A DNA stretch of 64,000 nt from an uncultured Latescibacterota bacterium (lineage in GTDB: Bacteria; Latescibacterota; UBA2968; UBA8231). Position 1 is the first letter of the stretch, and every line of letters begins with the position of its first letter. The stretch spans positions 3,434,599 through 3,498,598 of the forward strand of contig OX638377.1 in NCBI GenBank assembly GCA_951813615.1, given 5' to 3'. The translations under genes and the position numbers were made by a program. The notes below the pieces were generated by a model. It was not told the DNA's origin. It did not search any database and saw nothing but the letters and a program-made list of their open reading frames with translations. Positions 28,357-38,303 of the stretch are shown piece after piece.

Positions 28357-29586
28357 TCAACCCGCGCTGTGCGCGGCCCGCACCCGCTCAATTTCGGCGA
28401 GCCGCTCTTGCGCGGCGGAAAATTCGGGATGGAGCTTGAGGAGCTGTTCAAAGACCGCGGCGGCCTTGTTTACGTACCCGAACTCTAGGTGGAGCAGTCC
28501 CAAGTTGTAGCTGGCTTCCGGGGAGCGCGGCGACCGGCTCGCGGCCCGTTTGAGGCTGGCGAGCCGCCCCTCGTATTCCTTGAGCTTGGCAAAGACCTGC
28601 ATTAGCTCCTGGCCCTCGTCGCTGCGGCCCTGCTTGAGGTAGAGCTGGGCCAAGCTGTAGTGGGCACCCGCGTGGCCGGGGTCGCGCTTTATGGCCTCCA
28701 AGTAGTAAGTGGCCGCCTGTTGCTCCTGCCCTAACTTGGCCGTCACCGCGCCCAAGCGGTGATAGGAGTCGGCGTGAGCCGCATTTTTGAGCAGGGCTTG
28801 GTGAAAGTAACTCCGCGCCGCTTCGAGCTTGCCTTCCTGCTCGCTGATAACGCCGAGGTCGTAAAACGCGCCCGCGGTCTCGACGCCGAGTTCCACGGCT
28901 CGCCGATAGGCCGCCCTAGCTTCTGCGTATTGGCTCAAGGCCATGTAGCTTTCGCCCAAGTGCGCGTACACCCGCCCTTCGTCCGGGTGATCAGCAAGGG
29001 TGCGCTGGTACTCGGCAATGGCTTCGCCCGGGCGGTGCTGCAAGTGATAGACCCTGCCCAAATTGGCCCGGGCTTGCAGGAAGGTCGGCACCAAGCGCAC
29101 GGCTTCCTCGTACTGAGCGGCGGCCTCTGCGTAGAGGCCCTGTTGTTGGTAGAGATAGCCGAGGTTGTAGTACACCGCTCCAAAGTCGGGCCGCAGCGCG
29201 AGCGCTTTCTTATAGCTGTCCTCTGCTGCTAAAAAACGGTCCAACCCGTCGAGTGAAACGGCTAGGCCGATTTGCGCTTCAAAATGATCGGGAGCCAGCG
29301 CTAGCGCCTGTTCAAAGTGGGGAATCGCCTCATCAAAGCGCTCTAGTGCCGCGTGCGTCGCGCCCAGATTACTATGGGCCTGGGTCAGATCTGAATCCAA
29401 TTCGATGGCCTGCTGATAGTAGCGGGCCGCTTCGTCCATCTGGCCCTTGCCGAGCAAGCGGTCTCCTTGCTCGACGGCTTCTTGCGCGGCGTTGGCTCGG
29501 TACTGCAAATACCAGTACGAACCGCCCACGCCGAGGGCAATCGCCAGCGCGACTGCTCCTATAAAAAAGAAGCGACGGTGCGGCAC
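28357..29586 (-). CDS. TPR-repeat protein with N-terminal membrane anchor
   Basis: 409-aa ORF. FFFIGAVALAIALGVGGSYWYL is a TM segment, followed by about ten 34-residue TPR units. Confidence 0.8.
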   Translation of the reverse strand: MPHRRFFFIGAVALAIALGVGGSYWYLQYRANAAQEAVEQGDRLLGKGQMDEAARYYQQAIELDSDLTQAHSNLGATHAALERFDEAIPHFEQALALAPDHFEAQIGLAVSLDGLDRFLAAEDSYKKALALRPDFGAVYYNLGYLYQQQGLYAEAAAQYEEAVRLVPTFLQARANLGRVYHLQHRPGEAIAEYQRTLADHPDEGRVYAHLGESYMALSQYAEARAAYRRAVELGVETAGAFYDLGVISEQEGKLEAARSYFHQALLKNAAHADSYHRLGAVTAKLGQEQQAATYYLEAIKRDPGHAGAHYSLAQLYLKQGRSDEGQELMQVFAKLKEYEGRLASLKRAASRSPRSPEASYNLGLLHLEFGYVNKAAAVFEQLLKLHPEFSAAQERLAEIERVRAAHSAG

Positions 29587-29638
29587 TAGCTCTCGGTGGG
29601 GGCTTTCACTGCCCTGTCAGCCATGGGATTCTTGTACA

Positions 29639-30091
29639 CTACTGCCGGACGACTTCTATCCCGGTCATGATCTGATCTTGGCCCCAAGTTCCTCCGAGCC
29701 GCAGCGAACTCGTCGCGATGGAGCCGGTGATCGTTTCTTCTTCTTGGGTGAAGGCATAAACCGTTTTAGCATTGAGGTAGCGCACCTCCAAGGTGATCTG
29801 GCCGGGATCGTCGGGCTGGAGAATGTCGATTTCCTGGAAGAAATCGTTGCGCCCCTCGCCATAAACCAACGTGGCAGACACGGTAACTTGCTTAGGGGTG
29901 ACCCGCACAATGCTTATTGTAACGGGGCGATCTTCCCCGCTGATGCCATTGGATAGAGCAAAATCCCCGGTGCCTTCGTATTCGCCAACCCAGGCATCGG
30001 CGTAATCGGGCGTCGGTTGAACGGTTTCCTCCGAACCGCAACTCAGGGTCGTCAAAAGGCCCGCTAGGGCCAACCATGTCCATTGCTTCAT
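29639..30091 (-). CDS. Small lipoprotein of unknown function
   Basis: ATG at 30091 is preceded by GGAGGT and gives MKQWTWLALAGLLTTLSCGSE (lipobox). The ORF track extends to 30214 without an RBS. Confidence 0.55.
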   Translation of the reverse strand: MKQWTWLALAGLLTTLSCGSEETVQPTPDYADAWVGEYEGTGDFALSNGISGEDRPVTISIVRVTPKQVTVSATLVYGEGRNDFFQEIDILQPDDPGQITLEVRYLNAKTVYAFTQEEETITGSIATSSLRLGGTWGQDQIMTGIEVVRQ

Positions 30092-30203
30092 CGCGCGTAC
30101 CTCCGCAGAGTTTTCGTTCGGCAAAAGTATAGGGCACAACGCGGCGCGAATCAACCGCTTTGCGCCGTCGCCACTCGCCAATTCTCCCCTCAGTTCGTAC
30201 ACT

Positions 30204-32483
30204 ATGCGTTGCAAAATGTATCCACTACCAAAGACGCCAACACGCTTAGTTATCGCGCTCGCCGCCTTGTTGGGCTGCGCCTCCGAGCCGCCTCTTCCCG
30301 CACAGAGCGCGCAGCGCTACGAACAGGCCCGCCAACACCTAGCGGCCGGCCGCTTAGATTCCGCCGCCCACGTGCTCGAAGCACTCGTCCAGCGCGATAC
30401 CCTGCACTACGAGGCCGCGCTCGCGCTCGGGCAAATCTATTTGCGGCAAAGGCGCTACCAACAAGCCTTGTCTCCGCTCGCCCGCGCCCAGCGGCTCGCA
30501 CCCGAACGCATCGAGCCCCGGTTGCAGTTGGCCCAAACCCTGAATAAACTCGGGCGTCAAGCCGAGGCGCGTACCCTTTTCGACGCCCTCGTAACAGCCT
30601 TCCCCGGCAACGTAACCGCCTGCATGGCATACGCCGACCTGCTGATGACGCAAGACCAACCCGACGCCGCAGGTGCCCTCGCCCAGTACGAAGCCATCCT
30701 CGCCGTCGATCCCAAGCACTACCGAGCGAGATCGGGCAAGGCGGCCTCACTCTTGCGCTTGGGCGATTTTGCCGACGCAGCCGCTCGCCTCGACAGCTTG
30801 CTGGCCGAGCGGACGGACGACGTGTATCTATCCTTCCTGTTGGGCGCGGCCCACCACCACCTGCGCCAATATCCCAAGGCCGTCGCCGCGTACAAGCGCG
30901 CCATTGACGTCCTGCCCCCGGCGTCGCCGCAGCGCACCGTGCGCCAGTGGAACCTGCGGCTGGCCTATATCGAGGCGTACGGCACCTACCCAGGCGATCT
31001 CGAACCGGCCTATCAAATCGGCTTGGCACCGCTGGCCGAGGCATCGCCGGTGCGCTTTACCGATGTGGCCTCAACCACTGGCGTCGGCAAGCGCGATCGG
31101 GGGCGCGGCGTGGCGTGGCTCGACTACGACACCGATGGCGACCCGGACATCTTCGCCGCGGGCATCCAAGCCCCGCACGCGCTCTACCGCAACGACGGCA
31201 ACGACCGCTTCGCCGACGTATCGGCTGCAGCCGACCTCGCTGACCCGCGCGGTGGCTGGGCGGCCATTGCCGCGGACTACGATGGCGACGGACGCCCAGA
31301 CCTCTTTACCACCCGCGAGGCTTGGGAAGGTCTCGCGCCCAACTCGCTCTACCGCAATCAAGGGGATGGAACCTTCCGCGATGTCGCGCCCCAAGCCGGA
31401 GTCGCCGGCGCGGACGACAGCTTCATGGCCGTCTGGACCGACTACGACAACGACGGTCTGCCAGATTTGTACGTGGCCTCGGGCATCACCGGCAGCGGAC
31501 GACCCAACCGCCTGTACCACAACCAAGGGGACGGCACCTTTGTCGACCGCGGCGCACAGGTCGGCGTAGCCTATCGCGGCAAAACCCTCGGCGTGACCTG
31601 CGGCGACTACGACGGCGACGGAGACAGCGACCTCTACGCCATTGACGTGGCCGCCCCCAACCATCTCTACCGCAACGACGGGCAGACCTTCCGCGACGTC
31701 ACCGCCGAGGCTGGCGTGGCCAAACCGGGCGAGGGCAGCTACGTGGGATTTTTCATCGACAGCGATGGAGACGGAGACAGAGACCTTTTTATCTCGGCCA
31801 TGAACTTCTACGAAGACATCGTGCAGTCGCAGGTTACGGGGCTGGCCTTGCGCCCGACCCGCGCCTATCTGTACCGCAACGACGGGACGACCTTCCGCGA
31901 CATTGCCCCTCAGCAGGGATTGGCCCGTTCCTTTGGCTCGATGGGCGCGGGCTATGGCGACGTGGACTACGACGGTCTAATCGACATCTACCTGACCAAC
32001 GGCGGTCCCATAATGGCGCGCTTTGAACCCAATACGCTGTTCCACAATCGCGGCGACCGCTTCGCCGACATCACGGCCGCGGCCGGCGTCGGCAACCCGG
32101 GCAAGGGGCACGGCGTGGGTTTTGCCGACTACGATCTCGACGGTGATCTCGACCTCTATACCGCAGTCGGCGGCCACTACCCAGGCGACCTGTGGGCCAA
32201 CAGCCTGTACCGCAACGAAGGCCACCGCAACCACTTTCTCGGCGTGGATTTAGGGCCGCAAGCCATCGGCGCGCAGTTGCGCCTACGCGCCCAAGACCTG
32301 CTCGGGGTCGTGGAAATCAGCAGCGGTCCGGGATTCGGGTCGTCCAACAGCTTATCCCCGGCCATCGGTTTGGGCGCACGCACCCGCGTCGATACCCTCG
32401 AAATCCGCTGGCCCAACGGCACGCAGCAAGTGTACGCGGACCTGGAAATCGACCGCTTCCACCGCTTTGCCGAGCAGCCCTGA
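30204..32483 (+). CDS. TPR + FG-GAP/VCBS + ASPIC/UnbV fusion lipoprotein (CRTAC1-like)
   Basis: Lipobox LAALLGCAS. The N-terminal ~270 aa are TPR. These are followed by D.D.DGD.D repeats and a C-terminal GFGSSNS....IGLG....VD.LEIRWP block. Confidence 0.8.
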   Translation: MRCKMYPLPKTPTRLVIALAALLGCASEPPLPAQSAQRYEQARQHLAAGRLDSAAHVLEALVQRDTLHYEAALALGQIYLRQRRYQQALSPLARAQRLAPERIEPRLQLAQTLNKLGRQAEARTLFDALVTAFPGNVTACMAYADLLMTQDQPDAAGALAQYEAILAVDPKHYRARSGKAASLLRLGDFADAAARLDSLLAERTDDVYLSFLLGAAHHHLRQYPKAVAAYKRAIDVLPPASPQRTVRQWNLRLAYIEAYGTYPGDLEPAYQIGLAPLAEASPVRFTDVASTTGVGKRDRGRGVAWLDYDTDGDPDIFAAGIQAPHALYRNDGNDRFADVSAAADLADPRGGWAAIAADYDGDGRPDLFTTREAWEGLAPNSLYRNQGDGTFRDVAPQAGVAGADDSFMAVWTDYDNDGLPDLYVASGITGSGRPNRLYHNQGDGTFVDRGAQVGVAYRGKTLGVTCGDYDGDGDSDLYAIDVAAPNHLYRNDGQTFRDVTAEAGVAKPGEGSYVGFFIDSDGDGDRDLFISAMNFYEDIVQSQVTGLALRPTRAYLYRNDGTTFRDIAPQQGLARSFGSMGAGYGDVDYDGLIDIYLTNGGPIMARFEPNTLFHNRGDRFADITAAAGVGNPGKGHGVGFADYDLDGDLDLYTAVGGHYPGDLWANSLYRNEGHRNHFLGVDLGPQAIGAQLRLRAQDLLGVVEISSGPGFGSSNSLSPAIGLGARTRVDTLEIRWPNGTQQVYADLEIDRFHRFAEQP

Positions 32484-32484
32484 A

Positions 32485-33696
32485 ATGGCGTGGCAACTGC
32501 TCTGCGCGGTATTCGCGCTTGCCTCCTGCATCTCCGAGCCAGTGCCAGCACCGGATCCAGTCGATCACCTCGCCCGCGCTCGCGCTCACTTTGCGGCGAC
32601 CCGCTTTGAGGAAGCGGCCGCAGCCGCCCGCGCTGGGCTAGCCCTCGACTCGACGGACGCCGACCTCCACAATGTGCTGGCCTCGTCCCGCGCGGCTCAG
32701 GGCCGCTACGCACTGGCCATAGAATCCCTCGAAACAACCGTCCGCCTCCAGCCCGACTTCGCCATGGGCTTTGTGAACCTCGGCGGGATTTACACCAAGC
32801 TGGGCCAGTACGATCGCGCCAGCCCCTATCTCCAACGCGCCGTCCAGCTCAACCCCGACAACTCGCCGGTGCGCCGGCGCTTGGGCGAGCTGTACTTGGC
32901 CACGGGCCGCTACGCCGAAGCCACCCGCGAACTGCTCGAAGCCCTGCGCCTCTTTCCCAACGACGCCACGCTCTACTACTACCTCGGCCAAAGCCTAGCA
33001 GCCGAGGGCCGGCAGGACGATGCCTTGGAAGCCCTGCAGCGCGCCACCTTGCTCGACATCGGCTTCGCCGACGCCTTCTATCGCCTCGCCACTCTCGCCC
33101 GCAAGGTCGGCCGCGATAGCTTGGCTCAGCAGGCCCTAACGAGTTTTGCGCACCTACAAGCGCTCAGCGGCAAAGAGGTCAAGCGACTGCGCGCAGCCAT
33201 CCTCAACGCGCCCGAAGAAGCCGCCCATCACTACAACCTCGGCCTGTTCTTCGTCCGGCACGGGTACTTTGCCCAAGCCGAGAACAAATTCGACCGGGCC
33301 GTCGCCTTGCGACCCGGAGATCTCGATCTGCTCAATCGTCTCGCTGGCGACCTCCTGAAGCTGCAACAACCCGAAGCTGCGCTGCGCTACTTACAGGTCG
33401 CCCTCGACCAAGACCCAGCGTACTTTCCCACCTTGCTCAACGCCGGCCACATCGCCGGCCAACTCAGACGCTATGACGAGGCCGTCGCCTACTGCCGCCG
33501 GGCGGTTGCAGTGCGTCCAGACAACGCCGAGGGCTGGTACCTTCTCGGCTTGGGCCTGTTCAGCAAGGGGGAACGCGCCGCTGCCGAACAGGCGTTGCGC
33601 CGCAGTCTAGCGCTAAGTGCGGACGCTGAGGCGCTGCGCACTAAGACCCAGAAACTCCTCAACACCCTACAACAACAACCCACAGGAACGCCGTGA
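32485..33696 (+). CDS. TPR-repeat lipoprotein
   Basis: ATG at 32485 lies 1 nt after the upstream stop and gives MAWQLLCAVFALASCISE. TPR periodicity runs throughout. Confidence 0.75.
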   Translation: MAWQLLCAVFALASCISEPVPAPDPVDHLARARAHFAATRFEEAAAAARAGLALDSTDADLHNVLASSRAAQGRYALAIESLETTVRLQPDFAMGFVNLGGIYTKLGQYDRASPYLQRAVQLNPDNSPVRRRLGELYLATGRYAEATRELLEALRLFPNDATLYYYLGQSLAAEGRQDDALEALQRATLLDIGFADAFYRLATLARKVGRDSLAQQALTSFAHLQALSGKEVKRLRAAILNAPEEAAHHYNLGLFFVRHGYFAQAENKFDRAVALRPGDLDLLNRLAGDLLKLQQPEAALRYLQVALDQDPAYFPTLLNAGHIAGQLRRYDEAVAYCRRAVAVRPDNAEGWYLLGLGLFSKGERAAAEQALRRSLALSADAEALRTKTQKLLNTLQQQPTGTP

Positions 33697-34505
33697 TTGC
33701 ACTAGCTCCGCTCCTTTTGCCCCTCGCCCTCTCTCTCGCTTGTAGCGAGCCAGACCCCCACACCGAAGATTGGTCCCAACACTATCAAGCCGGACGCGCA
33801 GCCCTCAGCCAGAGCCGCTTCGCCGAGGCCGAACAAGCCCTATCTCACGCCCTAACCCTAGCCGAGACCTTCGCCCCCGACGACCCGCGCTACGGCCGCA
33901 CCGTCCACCAACTCGCCCAACTCCACGTCGTGCGCGGCGAACTCACGCGAGCCGAAAGCCTCTACCAACACTTGCGCGAACGGCAAACAGCCCTCCCGGA
34001 CGACCATCCCGACAAAGTGTTGACGCTCGACAAGTTAGGCGACACCTATCGGCTCCAGCAGCGACCAGCCGAGGCCGCCGCGCTCTACGACCGCGTCCTC
34101 GCCTTCCAACAGATGCACCGAGGCGATGAGGAAGTCGCGGCGACCATGCAGAAATTAGCCGACCTCTACCGCGCACAGGGCGACCGCGCCGCAGCCGATT
34201 CCCTCGCGCAGCGCGCCCATGCCCTAAATCTCCGCGCCCGTGCCCATGCCCTGTTCCTCCAAGGCCATTACCAACGGGCCGCACCCCTGTACCACAACGC
34301 GCTGGCCCTGCAAACGGGCGAGCATCCCGACTTGGCCCGCACTTGTTACTACCTAGGCCGCCTGTACGACGCACAAGATCGCTATCGACAGGCCGAGCAC
34401 TTCTACCGGCGCGCCCTAGCCGCGTCCCCCGCCAGCGATCCCGACCAAGTCGGCGCAGCACTCACCGACCTACTTGCCCGCAAGGCTGCATCCGCCCCTC
34501 CCTAA
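33693..34505 (+). CDS. TPR-repeat lipoprotein
   Basis: GTG start overlaps the previous stop (GTGA). (M)IALAPLLLPLALSLACSE is the lipobox region, followed by TPR_10/12-like repeats. Confidence 0.7.
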   Translation: MIALAPLLLPLALSLACSEPDPHTEDWSQHYQAGRAALSQSRFAEAEQALSHALTLAETFAPDDPRYGRTVHQLAQLHVVRGELTRAESLYQHLRERQTALPDDHPDKVLTLDKLGDTYRLQQRPAEAAALYDRVLAFQQMHRGDEEVAATMQKLADLYRAQGDRAAADSLAQRAHALNLRARAHALFLQGHYQRAAPLYHNALALQTGEHPDLARTCYYLGRLYDAQDRYRQAEHFYRRALAASPASDPDQVGAALTDLLARKAASAPP

Positions 34506-34524
34506 CGCCCACAGGAGTCCCTTT

Positions 34525-35526
34525 ATGAACCGTCCCCCCACAGAGTTCAAACGCATTGCCGCCGCCGATCTCAGAGCTTTTGGCACGACCTGCCTTCGCG
34601 CCGCGGGCATGTCCGCTGCACACGCCACGCAGCTGGCCGACCTGCTGACCAATTCGGATTTGCGCGGCGTGCGCTCGCACGGCACTCGCGCTCTGTACGG
34701 GTATTGCTGCACGATTCGCGACAAAAAGGCCAACCCAGACCCAAACATCCGCATCCTGCGCGAAAGCGACACCCACGTCTTTGTCGATGGCGATGGCAGC
34801 CTCGGGTACGCGCCGACCATGCTGGCTACGGAACGCGCCATGGCCAAGGCCAAGGAAAAGGGGCTCGCCGTCGGCGCGGCTTGCCACATTGGGCACTACG
34901 GCTCGGCGGGCCACTACGTGCGCCGCGCCATGGCGGAAAACTGCGTGGGCTTCTCAGTCCAAGCGGCCTATCCCCAGTACTACCCCAGCAACGACGGCAA
35001 GCGCGCCGCTCACTACGGCAACCCGCCCTTGTGCTTCGGCCTGCCCGGACAAGAAGGGCCACCAGTGGTACTCGACGTAGCCACCTGCATCCTCGCCGAC
35101 TACCAGCGCGGCGAACAAATCGAAGCTATTGAAGAGCTGATCCCCGCGGCCTTCTTCAAGTCCATGGGTTACACCGCAATCGCAACTCTACTCGGAGGGG
35201 CTTTTGTCGGCCAAGGCGGCGACCGCGCCCGCGAGATCGCCGCGCAATGGCCTGCAGCGCGCATGGGCAGCTTAATCCTCGTTCTCGACTTGGATCTCTT
35301 CGCGCCCGCGTCGCAAGTGCGCCACGGCGTCGATGAGCTGGTGCACCTAGCGGGCGAACAGATGATCCCACTGCGCGGATACGACGAAGTTACCCTGCCC
35401 GGCACGCCCGAACACCGCAACGAGGAAGCGTACGCACGCGACGGCGTACCCATCGGCGCAGAGGACGTCGAGCGCCTAGCCGAATGTGGCCGAGACTTTG
35501 GCGTCGCGCCCCCGTGGCTGGACTAA
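34525..35526 (+). CDS. Ldh2-family (malate/L-lactate/ureidoglycolate type 2) dehydrogenase
   Basis: ATG at 34525 with an AGGAG RBS. The motif DLRGVRSHGTRALYGY and overall length fit the Ldh_2 family. Confidence 0.7.
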   Translation: MNRPPTEFKRIAAADLRAFGTTCLRAAGMSAAHATQLADLLTNSDLRGVRSHGTRALYGYCCTIRDKKANPDPNIRILRESDTHVFVDGDGSLGYAPTMLATERAMAKAKEKGLAVGAACHIGHYGSAGHYVRRAMAENCVGFSVQAAYPQYYPSNDGKRAAHYGNPPLCFGLPGQEGPPVVLDVATCILADYQRGEQIEAIEELIPAAFFKSMGYTAIATLLGGAFVGQGGDRAREIAAQWPAARMGSLILVLDLDLFAPASQVRHGVDELVHLAGEQMIPLRGYDEVTLPGTPEHRNEEAYARDGVPIGAEDVERLAECGRDFGVAPPWLD

Positions 35527-35573
35527 CGCCGCGCCGGTTTCTACCTTAACGGACTGCAAAAAGGAGAACTTCT

Positions 35574-36440
35574 ATGAGCCTGACGCGCGAGCGCCACGCC
35601 GAGCTTAAGCGCTATGCCATCCAATTGCGCCGCCTAGTCGTCGAGTCGGTACACCACGCTGGAGCCGGCCACCTAGGCGGTCCGATGTCCGCGGCCGAGT
35701 TACTCATCGCCCTGTACTTCGCCGAGCTAAACATCGACCCGGCCCGACCCCGCGATGAAGACCGCGACCGCTTCATCCTGTCCAAAGGGCATTCCTCGAT
35801 CGGCCTCTACGCGGCTTTAGCCCTGCGCAGTTACCTACCCATCGAGGAACTTGCCACCTTTGACGCCATTGACTCCCGCCTCCAAGGCCACCCGGACATG
35901 AGCGTTCTCCCCGGTCTCGACATGTCCACCGGCTCGCTGGGCCAAGGCTTGTCGCCCGGCCTCGGCATGGCCCTCGCCGCCCGGCTGAAGGACCAAGACT
36001 TTCGCACTTGGGTGATGATCGGCGATGGCGACTCGCAGGAGGGGCAAATATGGGAAGCGGCCTTTGTCGCGGCGCGCTATGGCCTCGACAATCTCACCGC
36101 CATCCTCGACTGGAACGGCCTCCAGCAATACGGCTGGGCCACCGAAAAGGGCTACGGCGAACTCGACCGCTTGGCCGCGCAGGAAAGTCCACTCAGCCGC
36201 TGGCGGGCCTTTGGCTGGAACGCCATCGAGACCAACGGCCACGACTTTCCCGCCATCCTCTCGGCCTTTGCCGAGGCCAAATCACATCGCGGCCAACCCA
36301 CCATCATCGTCGCCCGCACGGTCAAGGGCAAAGGGATATCCTACATGGAAAACGACTTCAACTGGCATTCCAAGCCGGTGACCGACCAAGATCTCAAACA
36401 AGCGCAGGACGAACTCGCCGCGCAGGAGGCCGCGCTGTGA
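35574..36440 (+). CDS. Transketolase, N-terminal (TPP-binding) subunit
   Basis: AGAGHLGGPMSAAELL, SKGHSS..LYA and the GDGDSQEG TPP motif. 288 aa, typical of split transketolases. Confidence 0.9.
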   Translation: MSLTRERHAELKRYAIQLRRLVVESVHHAGAGHLGGPMSAAELLIALYFAELNIDPARPRDEDRDRFILSKGHSSIGLYAALALRSYLPIEELATFDAIDSRLQGHPDMSVLPGLDMSTGSLGQGLSPGLGMALAARLKDQDFRTWVMIGDGDSQEGQIWEAAFVAARYGLDNLTAILDWNGLQQYGWATEKGYGELDRLAAQESPLSRWRAFGWNAIETNGHDFPAILSAFAEAKSHRGQPTIIVARTVKGKGISYMENDFNWHSKPVTDQDLKQAQDELAAQEAAL

Positions 36441-37384
36441 ACCTCTCCACCACCGGCGAGCTGCTGGCCCAGCGCGACGCTTTTGGTGACACACTCATCG
36501 AACTCATGGACCGCGACCCGCGCGTGTACGTGCTCGACGGCGACTTGGCCAATTCGACCAAGGCCGACATAGTCTCCCGCGAGCGGCCCGACCGCTTCCT
36601 CGAAATGGGCATTGCCGAGCAAAACATGATGGGCGTTGCCGCTGGCATGGCCACCTGCGGCCTCGTGCCGTGGCTGAGCAGCTTTGCCTGCTTCATCGTC
36701 AACCGCGACCTCGACCAACTCCGCGTCGTCGTCGCCCAGCCCAACCTGCCGGTCAAGCTCTGCGGTGCCTATTCGGGCCTGTTGACCGGCAAAACCGGCA
36801 AAACCCATCAAGAAGTCGCCGACATCTCCGTCATGCGAGCCATGCCGAATATGACGGTCTTGGCCCCGGCCGACGCCGTAGAGGTCCGCGCCTGTATGCT
36901 GGTAGCCAACGACCTGCCCGGCCCCGTGTACATACGCATGACGCGCGACCCAGAGCCAGTCATCTTTCCAACCGACTACGAATTTGAGCTAGGCCGCGCC
37001 CTTACCGTACGCGAGGGGACAGACGTCACCCTCATATCCACCGGAGCCCAAACCCCGCGCTGCCTCGCCGCAGCCGACGAATTGGCACGCGAGGGGGTCT
37101 CAGCGCTCGTCCTGCACGTACCGACCCTCAAGCCCCTCGACGCAGACGCCATTGTCGCCGCGGCCGCGCAGACGGGCCGCGTCGTAACCGCCGAAGACCA
37201 CACGATCATCGGCGGCTTGGGCGGCGCAGTCGCCGAAGTGCTAGGCGAGCGGCAGCCCACCCCCATGCGGCGCGTCGGCATCCGCGATGTATTCGGTGAA
37301 TCCGCACCCAACGAGGACCTGCTGCAAAAATACGGCCTGACCTCCGAGCACGTGGCGCAAGCGGCGCGGGAGTTGCTCTCTTGA
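36437..37384 (+). CDS. Transketolase, C-terminal (pyrimidine-binding) subunit
   Basis: A GTG at 36437 overlaps the upstream stop (GTGA). (M)NLSTTGELLAQRDAFGDTL...FLEMGIAEQNMMGVAAG is the canonical subunit start. The upstream 143 codons of the ORF track overlap the previous gene. Confidence 0.9.
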   Translation: MNLSTTGELLAQRDAFGDTLIELMDRDPRVYVLDGDLANSTKADIVSRERPDRFLEMGIAEQNMMGVAAGMATCGLVPWLSSFACFIVNRDLDQLRVVVAQPNLPVKLCGAYSGLLTGKTGKTHQEVADISVMRAMPNMTVLAPADAVEVRACMLVANDLPGPVYIRMTRDPEPVIFPTDYEFELGRALTVREGTDVTLISTGAQTPRCLAAADELAREGVSALVLHVPTLKPLDADAIVAAAAQTGRVVTAEDHTIIGGLGGAVAEVLGERQPTPMRRVGIRDVFGESAPNEDLLQKYGLTSEHVAQAARELLS

Positions 37385-37512
37385 CCGCCTTATCCAAATG
37401 CCCGTAATTAAATAAGAGCATTTATCGCAACTGATAACCACAAACTGCTGATGACGCGACATACTTTTACTTCAGAGTGTTTGTTCACCAGCAGAACCTC
37501 ATACGATCCATT

Positions 37513-37546
37513 AGAGTGCATCATCTCAGATGCACTCTTTTTCTTT
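37513..37546 (+). terminator. Rho-independent terminator
   Basis: Stem agagtgcatc / gatgcactct (10 bp, perfect) with loop atctca, followed by ttttcttt. Confidence 0.8.
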
Positions 37547-37575
37547 GGTCGGAGCCACACGAAACGAGAGGTCGC

Positions 37576-38295
37576 ATGAAAGAGGGTTTGCAGCAACTGT
37601 TAAAGCTCCAAGAAGTCGATAAAAAGCTTTTCGAACTAGAAGAGGCCAAAGAAAAATATCCCGCTGAAATCGACCTGCGTCGCAGCATAATAGCAAAAGC
37701 GCGATCCGGCCTGGCCGATCTAGAAGCCCAGAGCGCAGAATTCGAAAAGCAACAGCGGCACTGCGAGCGCGAGATCGAAAGTGGCAAGGCCACCCTGCGC
37801 GAGCGCGAGGAACGCTTTTCCGTAGTGACCACCAACAAGGAATACGATTCCCTCCAGCTCGAGATCGAGATTTGCAAAAAGACCCTTGCCGAGCACGAGA
37901 CGCAGTTGCTCAAAGCCATTGAGGGTCTAGAGAAAATTCAGGAGCAAATCGCCAAGGAACAAGGTGATTTTGAGGAGGTCCGCGGGGCCGAACAAGAGCG
38001 CATCGACGAGCTCGAAGGTCAACTCGGCACCATGCAGGAGCAAATCGACGAAGTCGCAACGAGTCGGGCGGTGGTCGCCAAGAACATCGCGGACCTCGAC
38101 GCCCAATTGCTGCGAACGTACGACCGCAGGAGGGGGCGGCGCGGGATTCGCGTCGCCGCCGTGCACAAGGAGGCTTGCGGTGCTTGTTTCCACCGGATGC
38201 CCGCCCAAACCCTCAACGAGGTCCGCGTCGGTGGGCGCGTCATCTCCTGCGAGAGTTGCGGCACCATCATGGTCTGGAACGAGCAGGCGGTTTAA
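37576..38295 (+). CDS. Coiled-coil C4 zinc-ribbon protein (COG1579-like)
   Basis: ATG at 37576 after GAGAGG. A long heptad-rich region (LLKLQEVDKKLFELEE...) ends in C..C-(17 residues)-C..C (CGACFHRM...CESCGTIM). Confidence 0.75.
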   Translation: MKEGLQQLLKLQEVDKKLFELEEAKEKYPAEIDLRRSIIAKARSGLADLEAQSAEFEKQQRHCEREIESGKATLREREERFSVVTTNKEYDSLQLEIEICKKTLAEHETQLLKAIEGLEKIQEQIAKEQGDFEEVRGAEQERIDELEGQLGTMQEQIDEVATSRAVVAKNIADLDAQLLRTYDRRRGRRGIRVAAVHKEACGACFHRMPAQTLNEVRVGGRVISCESCGTIMVWNEQAV

Positions 38296-38303
38296 TTTTT
38301 GGT

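Noticed and set aside
36008-36436. 143-codon N-terminal extension of the transketolase C-subunit ORF.
   Set aside because: It lies entirely inside the N-subunit gene in another frame. A GTG at 36437 overlapping the upstream stop gives the canonical subunit N-terminus.
35574-37384. Split transketolase considered as a frameshifted pseudogene.
   Set aside because: Two-subunit transketolases (N- and C-terminal halves as adjacent genes) are a normal arrangement. Both halves are full length with a coupled GTGA junction.
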